From IMG/VR virus record IMGVR_UViG_3300023109_001684: a DNA stretch of 64,000 bases. One strand, written 5' to 3'. Below the pieces are notes generated by a model. It was given only the letters and a program-made list of their open reading frames with translations, was not told where the DNA came from and searched no databases. This DNA is from a virus. The position numbers were made by a program, and so were the translations under genes. Position 1 is the first letter of the stretch. Every line of letters begins with the position of its first letter. This document shows positions 47,793-58,400 of this stretch, piece by piece.

Positions 47793-49262
47793 TTAGTCTC
47801 GCCAGCCACCGATACCTGAACTGGTACCTGGTATTCCTGATGGTTGCATTGACGATGCTCCAGTTGTTTGCACTTCTGTTGCATACACAAATTTTGCTGA
47901 TAAATTATTCTGTAGTCCGTTATACTGACCTAACATATACTGATGATCTTGGCCTAGTGTATAGTTTTCTTCGCCACAGTTAGTATATGCTTTACCAATA
48001 CCAGGAGTAGTTACTGTACCAGTCGTAAAGTTTGTTTTACGATATGTATATCCACCGGCCCAAGATCCTTCATTACCTGCATATCCATTAACTACCTTAC
48101 TTTGAATAGATTTTTGTTGGAAATGTCTTCCTGAATGTGTTCCGGAACGTGTAGTTATTGTTTCTGTAGCAAAAACGAAATCCCAGTGGTTTACGCCGCC
48201 GCCACTGCCTTCTCCACTATACCAAATACCGTAATTTTCATCACAAGTCATACCCCACGGTCCGCCTGCTGTAGCGCCACCTTGCCCACTGTAACTCGGA
48301 TTGTTAAAAATACTTGAAGTTACCATAGATTCTGTAATAGTATCAAATTTTTCAATTTCTCCTCTATTACCGCCCATAATCCAAGTAGCATAATGTTCTT
48401 TAAATACAGTACCCATATGCCCGCGGCTGTTTGCCATATGTGAGCGACTCTGCGGGGAAAACGCAGTTTCTGTTCTTGAACTAAATCCTGTAGTTAAGTT
48501 ACTAGATGCATTGTGTGCATTACCTGCACCAAACACAAAAATTCTATCTTTACCTACTGCACCTGCTTTGTAGTTAAAGGTTCTATCTAATAAATCTCCT
48601 AGATCAGTAGTAACATCTGTTGCTGCAACAGTTCTGTTGACTCTTTTGTACGTTACTCCTGACTTATATCCGCCTAAAATATAACCATTAGTAATAATAC
48701 TTCTATGGAGGTACGGAATAGTAAAGTCTTCCCATTTGCCGTCATATTCAGTTGTATAAAATTCTACTTTATTTTTATCTGTATTATAACGAATTACACC
48801 AGCATCAGGAATAACATCAAACAAATACATTGCAGAGTAATTATCAAATGAATAGTTTCCAGCTGCATAGTCTTTATAGTAGATATACATTGTGTCGCCG
48901 TAACCGGTTAGATATGGCTTGTTAGTTTCAATGAGTGTCCACCCGGTGAGGTCAACAGCTGACCAGCTGTCCTGGCGCATTAGATAAACTCTGCAGGCTG
49001 GCAATGCCCACGTTGATCCTTGAGTGTCATTAATACAAGTTGTGGTCCTTAATCCTAACAGATAGTCTGGTAAATTTCTATAGTCTGCCCAACCTGATCC
49101 GTTACCACTAATTGTAAGAGATAAACCGTTTGAAGCGATAGCAGTATTATTATTAAATAATCCACTTAATGTTATATTTAAAGTTCCTCTTTCAGCAGTT
49201 GTGCCGCCAGGTATTTTAATATAACCTGTGTCATTAATAATACTATTTTTTAACGTTGCCAT
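47793..49262 (-). CDS. adhesin-like virion protein with Kelch-like beta-propeller
   Basis: P.GTT.ER N-module, G.IRYNTD, then GYILGGY / IFVFGAG / WIMGG / YMLG propeller blades. Confidence 0.7.
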   Translation of the reverse strand: MATLKNSIINDTGYIKIPGGTTAERGTLNITLSGLFNNNTAIASNGLSLTISGNGSGWADYRNLPDYLLGLRTTTCINDTQGSTWALPACRVYLMRQDSWSAVDLTGWTLIETNKPYLTGYGDTMYIYYKDYAAGNYSFDNYSAMYLFDVIPDAGVIRYNTDKNKVEFYTTEYDGKWEDFTIPYLHRSIITNGYILGGYKSGVTYKRVNRTVAATDVTTDLGDLLDRTFNYKAGAVGKDRIFVFGAGNAHNASSNLTTGFSSRTETAFSPQSRSHMANSRGHMGTVFKEHYATWIMGGNRGEIEKFDTITESMVTSSIFNNPSYSGQGGATAGGPWGMTCDENYGIWYSGEGSGGGVNHWDFVFATETITTRSGTHSGRHFQQKSIQSKVVNGYAGNEGSWAGGYTYRKTNFTTGTVTTPGIGKAYTNCGEENYTLGQDHQYMLGQYNGLQNNLSAKFVYATEVQTTGASSMQPSGIPGTSSGIGGWRD

Positions 49263-49274
49263 ATTTATATTTCC

Positions 49275-50321
49275 TTAAGATGTCCATGCTGCAACAGCAC
49301 TACTCATTCCTGCGTGACCTTTAGGTTCACCCGACGAGCCAAGTTGGAAGCCTGTTTGTGTACTATAGTTCCATCTGTGACTTAAATTATTTTGCAGTCC
49401 ATTATACTGACCTAACATATACTGATGGTCTTGACCCATTGTATAGTTTTCTTCACCACAATTGCCAATTGGTTTATTTACAGTTCCGCTAGTAGTATTA
49501 GTATACATATTAGTTACACGATACGTATAGCCGCCGTTATAAGACCCATTGTCGCCACACCATTGATACGAGTGCTTTGACTGTACTGATTTTTGTTGGT
49601 GATGATTGCTTACTGTTGTTCCGCCTCTAGAAGTAAGTGTTCTTGTAGCAAATGTCCAATTCCTATTGTCATTTGATGTAAATAGAATTGCAAAATTTTC
49701 ATGACTCATTGCCCATGCATTACCTGTTGTATATGAACTACCGCTTGCACCAATATGAGTTTTTGTGGTCATATTGTATTCTTCAATTTCTGCGTTACCG
49801 CCTCCATGTATCCAAGCATAATCGTTTTCTTGGAACGCACAACCAAAGCGTATTCTGTTATGATTCATATTACGATTTATATCAGTCATATTTTGTTCAG
49901 TGCGCATGTTATATGCAATAACATAGTTTGATGCTACAACATGTCCGTTACCTGCGCCAAAGGTATATGCATAATCTTTTGAACATGCACCAGCTTGATA
50001 GTTATGTCCTCTTTCAATACTACCGTCGCCTAGGTTAATTGTTGTGTCTGTTGATGTAAAACATTTGTTTACATTACTCCATACCGCTGAACTTTTATAT
50101 CCGCCGTGTACATATGCTGTTGATATAATTTGTCTATACGGAAACGCAATAGTATTTGTTTCCCAACCAAACCCGCTCCAGTATTCTAGATCACCGCTTG
50201 TACTATTAATTCTTACTGCGCCTAGTACACTTGGGTCTCCAGCCGGGCGTTCAGCATCATTACCTATCGGTAATCGTAAGTAGCCTGTGTCATTAATAGT
50301 TGTTGCTTTTAAATTTGCCAT
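49275..50321 (-). CDS. Kelch-like beta-propeller adhesin (paralog of 47793-49262)
   Basis: Same N-module; shares NCGEENYTxGQDHQYMLGQYNGLQNNLS. Confidence 0.7.
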   Translation of the reverse strand: MANLKATTINDTGYLRLPIGNDAERPAGDPSVLGAVRINSTSGDLEYWSGFGWETNTIAFPYRQIISTAYVHGGYKSSAVWSNVNKCFTSTDTTINLGDGSIERGHNYQAGACSKDYAYTFGAGNGHVVASNYVIAYNMRTEQNMTDINRNMNHNRIRFGCAFQENDYAWIHGGGNAEIEEYNMTTKTHIGASGSSYTTGNAWAMSHENFAILFTSNDNRNWTFATRTLTSRGGTTVSNHHQQKSVQSKHSYQWCGDNGSYNGGYTYRVTNMYTNTTSGTVNKPIGNCGEENYTMGQDHQYMLGQYNGLQNNLSHRWNYSTQTGFQLGSSGEPKGHAGMSSAVAAWTS

Positions 50322-50324
50322 GTT

Positions 50325-51224
50325 TTATATCCCAAACTTGTTTCTAAGTGCGACTGTATTTCTTATCATATCATCGTCATCGAGTCCAGTACTATATATT
50401 GCAAAAAATGCTAACTTGGCATCCCATGTATTTGGATATTCTCTACAATTGCCTACTTGCGCTGCTGTTCCGTTTAAATCAATGTTTTTAGCAGTAGTAC
50501 CAGTTTCTACAAGATTAATACCATTTTTCCAAATACTTCTTGCTTGTTTATTTTTTAAAGACCTAAATGCAATTACATTCCAACGAGTCATTATTGGTTC
50601 TCCGTAGGGAGATGAGTTAGTGTCTATTCTTTCGTCTGCATCACAACACCCGCCTTGATCAAAATATATTTGATTATTTGACCAACTACAGTGAGCAAAT
50701 ATTCCTCGTCCTGGTGATGATGTAACTCCAGTGCCACCTTCCCATCTAAACGCTCCACTTGAGTTTGGACTATTTTGTCTAAATACCATAAAAACTGTAT
50801 AGCCGCTGTTATTATCAATGTTAAAACTATTTGACGCCGGGCCTTCTGCTCGTACGCCATTTGTTTCGATATATGGAATACCCGGGCTATTATGTTCGTG
50901 TGTTGTGTCGTATCCGATAGTTCTTGCAGTTGACCAAACAAAGTGTCTGTCGTTGCCACTTATATCAAGCCAATTTGTACCGCCACTTGTAAAGCTTGCT
51001 GAACTACCTACGTCTAGTACTAATTCTAGATTTGGACCAGTAATACCTCCGGTATTAGTTCTAGCATCTACCCAAAATCCTCTGTAATAAAATTCTACAT
51101 ATCCAAGATCAGTATTATACCTACAGTCGCCGTTTACTGGATTAGTTGGACGCTGACCTGTAGTTCCTACTGGTATTTTCATTGAAGCTGTATCATCAAT
51201 AATTGTATTTTTAAGTGTTGCCAT
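50325..51224 (-). CDS. adhesin with ConA/LamG-like lectin domain
   Basis: Same N-module; L.L.LD......W.DISGN.RH ... IYS..L pattern. Confidence 0.7.
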   Translation of the reverse strand: MATLKNTIIDDTASMKIPVGTTGQRPTNPVNGDCRYNTDLGYVEFYYRGFWVDARTNTGGITGPNLELVLDVGSSASFTSGGTNWLDISGNDRHFVWSTARTIGYDTTHEHNSPGIPYIETNGVRAEGPASNSFNIDNNSGYTVFMVFRQNSPNSSGAFRWEGGTGVTSSPGRGIFAHCSWSNNQIYFDQGGCCDADERIDTNSSPYGEPIMTRWNVIAFRSLKNKQARSIWKNGINLVETGTTAKNIDLNGTAAQVGNCREYPNTWDAKLAFFAIYSTGLDDDDMIRNTVALRNKFGI

Positions 51225-51232
51225 TTAGATTA

Positions 51233-52120
51233 TTACCCTCGAGTTTTTAATTCTTCTACCTCTTTAGTAAGAGTTTTAACAGCTTCAATCAAATAAGCCG
51301 TTAGCTTTGTATACTGGATACCATTTCCTTGTACTACATTAGGTAAAATCTTTTCAACGTCTTCTTTAATTAGACCAGCTTCCATTTTACTTGAACCATC
51401 TTTACGATCGTACGTTACACCTGCAAGTTGCATGATAGCGTCTAATGCATTATTAATTGGATTAACATTCTCTTTGAGTGTTATACTCGAAGTCTCTGTA
51501 ATAGTTGAAGCAACTAAGGTTGCAAATGTTCCGTTAGCGGCACTTGCACTACCAATAGTAGTTCCGTCTATATTACCAGCATTTATATCAACAGTTGTAA
51601 GTGTACTTGTTCCTGTTGCACTTATACCAGTTACAGATATATTATTAACATTTAATGTGCCTGAACTTGGTGTAAATTCTATTTTATCATTACTATATGT
51701 TAGTGAATTAATACTTCCATCGTCAGCATCAGCATCATCCATTAAGGCGACATAATATGCGCCTGTTGACGTAGTATTATTATTTGCTTCTATACTAAAG
51801 TCTCCGAAGCTTACAGTGCCACCAGTGTCTACTAGCATTGCATAGCCGTTTGCTGCTGGTGCTGCTGCTGGCATAGTTAAAGTATACGATGTAACATCAT
51901 TTGGTGCTTTAATGCCAACGTATGCACTAGTATCAGCATCACCAAGTCGAAGTTCGCCTTGGGCATTAAGTTGCAAATGGCTATTACATTTTGTAATACC
52001 TGATCCGTTTGCATCTAAAATAATATCGATATTAGTTTCGATAGATTTTAGAGTATTTTCTTCGGCAGTAAGTGTACCTAATATCGGTCCACCTTGAATA
52101 CCTGTTGTAATTCTACGCAT
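51233..52120 (-). CDS. tail fibre with C-terminal intramolecular chaperone (peptidase S74-like)
   Basis: SSITLKENV...AL..I.QL.GV.Y, GLI.EDVE..LP..V, Y..L...LIEAVK.L..EVEELK. Confidence 0.8.
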   Translation of the reverse strand: MRRITTGIQGGPILGTLTAEENTLKSIETNIDIILDANGSGITKCNSHLQLNAQGELRLGDADTSAYVGIKAPNDVTSYTLTMPAAAPAANGYAMLVDTGGTVSFGDFSIEANNNTTSTGAYYVALMDDADADDGSINSLTYSNDKIEFTPSSGTLNVNNISVTGISATGTSTLTTVDINAGNIDGTTIGSASAANGTFATLVASTITETSSITLKENVNPINNALDAIMQLAGVTYDRKDGSSKMEAGLIKEDVEKILPNVVQGNGIQYTKLTAYLIEAVKTLTKEVEELKTRG

Positions 52121-52129
52121 ATCTACTCC

Positions 52130-52450
52130 TTATACTGTTGGTGTTTCTATGCCGTAAATAACTGCTGATACATCAGTGCTATTGCTTCTTATAACAATAA
52201 CTTTGTTTGCATCTACAACTATTCCGCCACGTTCTAGTACACCGTTACCAATTAATGCAGTGTCATATTCAATGAAATCAGCTAATGCTGGTACTGCGCC
52301 ATCAGATATTGCAATTCTTACTGCTCTATCTTGACCGTTACGATTTGCAACATTAACTGTTATAACACTAAAAGTATCAGCTGGAACAGTGTATACTGCT
52401 GTGTCTGTTGCAGCGGCTAAGTCTGCTCTTCCTAAAACTCCGGTTGCCAT
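52130..52450 (-). CDS. small beta-rich virion protein
   Basis: VYTVP...NV.NR...IEYD...LER.G pattern; located in the structural operon. Confidence 0.65.
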   Translation of the reverse strand: MATGVLGRADLAAATDTAVYTVPADTFSVITVNVANRNGQDRAVRIAISDGAVPALADFIEYDTALIGNGVLERGGIVVDANKVIVIRSNSTDVSAVIYGIETPTV

Positions 52451-52462
52451 GTCTTTCTCCTA

Positions 52463-55400
52463 TTATCTCAACATATAGTTCAATGCTAAAGGTATACCTG
52501 TTACAGATTTTGTAAAGTTTACGTTTGCATTGATATTTATTAGTTCTCCACTCACAGTGGTTATTTGGTTGGTATTTATGAATATGTCACCAGCTGTAAC
52601 ACTGTTAACATTAAGTGACGCACCACCGCCACCAATTTGTGCTTCGATATATGCTTTAACTGCTCGCTGTGTTGGTACAACACTATCGCTATTTGCAGTA
52701 AAGAATGGATCTGTACTAAATTCAGTAATTGAAGCTGAGTTACCGCCTAGTGTAACTGTTCCTAGTGATAGTTCTTGTAGACCAGCAATATTAAATGCTT
52801 CAGCATCAAGTGTAGCAACACCTGTTGCCTGTTCAATACTAAACAAGTCGCCAACTCTAAAGTTACCATCTTGGTCAGTTGCTGTGAAGAATACTCGTCC
52901 ACCTGCACTATCAGTAGTTTCTTTATTTTGATCTGGCAAGTTAACCGGCGGACCATTTACTTCATTTGGATAGTTTGAATCAGCAAAGTTACCTGTTCCG
53001 ATATCTAAGAAGTCATGTCCTGTTAATCGTACCTGACTAAATCTAATTCTTAGTTCTAATTCAGTACCTTCAGCTGGTGCTTCGTCAATTTCTAATGTTG
53101 GCGAAACTTGTAAGAATCCAGTAAAGCTACCTTCGTTAGTTCCTCTAAAGCTAACAGTATTAACAAGTTTAAATACTCTTCCAGGCAAACTTGTAAATTC
53201 AATATTAGAACCTGCTACTGGTCTTGAACTTAGTCTCTTAACAGCTACAAATGCTCCTGATTGGAAGAAGTCTGCAGATCCATTAGATGCATTTTCATTT
53301 ACATCTGATGTTGCTGTAATAAATCCTGTTCCTCTATTTGCAAAAGTAGGATTAGCAAGTAGTCCAGTTCCTACACGTACTTGTATGTTTACATCTTCAG
53401 TATTGTTAGGATCAGTTACAGTAATTGTTGGAGTACTTGTATAGTTTGAGCCTGGCTCTTCTAGTCTAATAGCAAATACTTGCTCATTTGAAGTACTTGC
53501 ACGACCTCTTGCTTGAACTCCTAATCTAACATTCATTACATCAGCAGTAATGCCAGAACCTATTGCTACAAATTTTGGTGTCTTATCTGGGTTACCAAAT
53601 GCAATTGCACCGCCTGCACTAAAGTTAAAGCCTGCGCCGCCTTCAGTTGCCCATGTTAGCCCATATTCAGAATATGTTAGTTCATTAGAGTTACTAGTAA
53701 CAGCAAACATTCCTTGTCCGTAAGCAATTTTACTATATGTACCAGTTGGTAAATCTTGTTGTGTCCAAGATACACCGTCTAAACTGTATGCTGCTGTTCC
53801 GTCTGTAGCAATAGCAATAAATCTACCATTACCCCACGATATGTCTATCCACGGTGCGCTTGGCAATCCGGTACCTGCACTCCAAACTAATCCGTCCGCA
53901 GAGTACATTGTATCTGTTGTACCGCTTCTAAGAGCTACAAATTTTCCTGCTCCATTTGCTAGTGCAGAATAGTTTGTACCAGTAAGAACTGTGCCTGTAG
54001 TTGACCAAGTAACGCCGCCGTTGTCACTATACACAACGTCAGTATCATTACCACTAATTGCAATAAATCTACCAAGGCTTTCTGCAACTTGTCCAAATGC
54101 AACCATTGATGCACCTGCTGTTGCAAATGTACCTGGTAACGTAACACTAGTCCATGCTACACCATCTAAACTATATGCAGCAGGGCCGCCTTCGGATATT
54201 GCTATAGCAACACTTTGTTTAAATGTTGACGATCCGTCATCTATTAGTCCACTTGTAATATTATCCCAAGAGTTACTTGCTCCAGCATCTGGTAATGAAT
54301 TTGAAACCCACGTAACACCGTCAACACTATATGCGCCGCCGATATTAGCATCTGGTATCGCAACAAATACTCCTTTTTGTCCGTAGCCGCTAAAGTCAAA
54401 GTCTACAACAGCTCCGTTTACATCAACAGTAGTAATTGTAATTACTAGATCATTTAATGGAGTTGCACCACCTAATGACGTACCTGGTATTTCACAATGA
54501 TTTAGTCTTCCGTAGCCTGCACCACCTTGGTTAAGAGTTACATAGTACTTTTCACCATTACGTGTTACATCAAATGTTGCTCCAAGACCATCAGATTCTG
54601 TTAATGTTACTACATTAGTATATTGCGCCGATGTAGTAACATATGTTGCATCAGTATAAGTATTTGAAGTTATAGTTGCTTGTGTTGCAGTATTTGTCGG
54701 AGCACTAAATGCTACTGCTGGTTCAATTTGATATGTTGTTGTAGCATTTGGAGCAACAATAGGTGTTCCAGGAACAACATGATTCCATTCAGTAACTGTT
54801 ACTTCTTTAGTACCAGCATCGTATGTTTGAATAATAGCATACTGTCCATTACCTGCACCACCTACAAGCTGTATTCTAGTTCCAGGGTATGCTGAACTTA
54901 AATTACCATCTGTTGCTGATATAAATATTCCTGTTAAGCTTCCTGACTGTGCAACGTTTGACACTGTTGTATAACCAGCACCACCTGTTGTAACACCTTC
55001 AGTTTCACTAGGAATGATTCTACCTTCAAATACGCCTAAGTCTCTAAATTCGTCTGTAATTACAACTTCGTTTGAACCGCCGCCGAATATTTCAAGTTCA
55101 GCTTCAGTATAATCATTACCTGCATGTGTAAATTCTATGTTAAGTATTTGGTTAGCATCTGTGTTAACTAATCCTACAGTAGCGTTATACTGTGTAAGAT
55201 TGTCAACAACAGCTGATGTTGCAGTTTCTTCTGGATCAACACCTTCTGCTACAGAACCAAATTTACCGTATGAATTGTTACCGTTTGTAGCACGTACTCT
55301 ACCGCCGGACTCTGCCAAGTATCCCATGTGTGAGTAGTATGTAAACACTGACACAAGTTCTGCTCTACCGTTGTTAAGAATGTGTGCGCCAATACCGTCA

Positions 55401-58400
55401 CTTATGACTTGTGTAAAGTCGTTACTAACAATTGAATCATTACCGCCGTTATGCAATGCACCGTCAATTCTTTGACCAGTTGCACCAAATCCGAATGTTG
55501 TACAGTTTTGTACATACGGTGAACGTGCAGTAATCCATACACGTTTATCATCTGGACCCCAACCTGGATCAAGTGATGCATATGCTCCTGCTGTTGGTCT
55601 ACGTGTTCCGTATATATTACTTGCACCTAGATCACCATTTAGACCTTGCATAGTTTGTAGTCTTAATCCTGTACCATTACGTAAGTAATAGAAATCTTCT
55701 TCTTGCGATCCTATCATTGCATTTACATAATATCTTGCTGCAAGTCTTGTTTTATAAGCAGCAGGACGATAAACTACAACATCGTTAGTGTAAGTTCTCT
55801 TCCATTCCTGGCCCCATACTAGATCCCATTTCATAGCATTAATATATTCTTTAATATCTCTAGCACAAATAGCTCTATTATATGTATATGCTGTTTTTAC
55901 AATAAACTGGTTATTTGTTCCGTCTACTTGTACATACACGCCGCCTACTGTATTTGAAACAGCAAACTCAGTAGCACTAAAGACATCAGCAACATAAAAC
56001 TTATTATTTAGGAAGAAGTTAGTATTTGTTAAAATATTATTTGGATTTTCAAATGCTATTTCCATTCCAACTTTTAGCCAACCTGTATCTGCAACAGTAA
56101 GTGTATACAGATCTACTCCGCCTGATGCACCACCAATTGTTACAGTAGTATCAGTTACAGTTGACCTAAAGTAATCATTGACATATGCTATTGCTTCGTC
56201 TACAATAAATTCTTTATTCACCTCTAGTTGTCTAACAGCATTATAAACTTCAATATCGTCTGTTTGTCTATTACCACCTTCATTTGATCCTGCCCAGATT
56301 GTATCTTGTACTAGATCCCATGTTTCATTAATTCCAGTAATAGCTGTAGCTTCAGAAATTTCTGCAACAGCTAGTCCTAGCGCAAATTGATTTGCTGCTA
56401 TTGTTGCTGTTTTTTGCGGACCTGTTACTTTATTACTAGTTCTACGTAAGTAAGACAAGCCTGCATTAACACTTGCATAGTTTGTTCCTAGCATCCAATC
56501 ATATCTAGCAGCATCAATTATAAGTCCTAAATCTCTAGAACACTTAGCATGATCGTATTTAAAGTCATTGTATGTATTTGTAATAAACTGAATTACATTT
56601 AATATTACGTCTGATCTACTATTGTCAATAGTTGTTTTAGCAGTTGTAAATTCAGCATCTGCCCATGTTACACTTGGATATGACACTGCGCCTAATACTG
56701 CCGACAATGTTGTAGTACCGTCAATTACATCACTAACTGTTTCTACAAGTGCTTGAACTGCACTTCCTTCAGTTGCACTTGCTGGTGTTCCTAGTGTAGT
56801 TTGTAGTGTAGTATTTCCAGTTTGTGCAGTTACAGAAGTCTCTTGTACGATATCTGACATAATGCTTGCTAAGTGATTGTAAGCTGCTGCTGTTTCTGTA
56901 GTTTGACCATCTACTTGTATTGTTCCGTTTACAAAATAAGATTCACAAATTCTACTAGTAGCTTGGTTACCGCCATATAAGATATCATAACTTGCTGCGT
57001 TAACAATGTATTCTACATCTCTTGCACACTTAGTACTATCATAAACTAAAGAACCATAGTTTTGTGCAATATACGCAATAACATCATCTTTCATAAAAGC
57101 AATGTTTGCTTGTAAGTTATCTTTTGCATCTACTTTATTTTGGTCAACGCCTGTTGGGCTTGGTAATACTAATGCATTAACTGTGCCGTCTCCTGGCATT
57201 GCTGTACCTAACGACCCGTTTTGGATAATATCAACTATTTCGTTATATGCAGTATTAAGTCTAGTTAAGTCATTGCCAGAACCAAGTAAAACTCTATACT
57301 GATCTCTAGCATTTCTAATAGCACCTACAGTTTCAACTCTTTGGTTTTGTAGATTGTATGCATTATTTGGGCGCTGATAAGCAATACCGTTAAATGTAGC
57401 GTTATAGTTTGTACCAAGCGCAATATCATATGCTGTATCAGTAATAATGTTTGTTAAGTCTCTGCGGCACTTTGCACTATTATATTTAAAGCTACCAAAG
57501 TTTGCATTTATAAAGTCAATTGTTTTTTCTTGTATAACTGGTAACGCTGCAACTAAGTTTGTGCTATCTGATTGTAATCCAACTGAAGCACCTGCAACAC
57601 TTGGATATGTTATCGATGCAGCTGAGATACCGTTAGTGACCGCAGGTATAACTGTATTATTAAACAATGCTGCAATAGCGTTTGATACTGTTGCATTACC
57701 TGGCTTACCACTAATTTGTGTTACGCCTGTTTGATATGTTGGAGTAACTGTAATATCACGTCCTACTGTTTGTAATAAATCACGCAAGTATCCGTAAGAT
57801 GCAATAGTAGCAAGCTTTTGCGGAGTGTCAATACTTACATCGTCAATATCAACAATACCTGCTGCATCAGTTTCAAAAATAATTTCTGTTTGCAATGCAG
57901 TAGCAGTAAACGTATACGAAACACTGCTTGTAGATGTAAGATCTATTGCAGTAGCTAATGCTGTGTCTGAATTTGGATTTCTTGCAAATACACTTGCTCC
58001 GTCAGCAGTATGAGTAACTGAAACGTTTACTGTATATTCTTGACCTGGCGTAGTATAAACAGTTTGCAATGCAGTACCTGCAGTTCCACCGGCAGCAACA
58101 AGTTCGTTACCTGTTATTGCAAATGCACCATTTGTAATAGTCCAATCAGTTGTAGTTGCAAAATCGCCGTTAGTTATTAAACCAGTTATTTTATTAACAT
58201 TTCCACTACCGTCATAGTATGATTTAGTAGCATTATATGTCTGCCAGTTGCCGCCATAAACTAGATCGTATGCAACTGCATCTATTATAAATCCAACATC
58301 TTGTTTACATTTTGTTTTACCATATTCAAGATTTGGATATTGATCTGCAATATATGCAATAATTTCTTCTTGTATAAACTCTTTGTTAGAAGCATTTAGT

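Noticed and set aside
47900-49460. Near-identical DNA between the two propeller genes as a possible DGR template/variable repeat
   Set aside because: Both copies are in frame in paralogous genes, the differences are mostly synonymous and not adenine-specific, and no reverse transcriptase is in the window.
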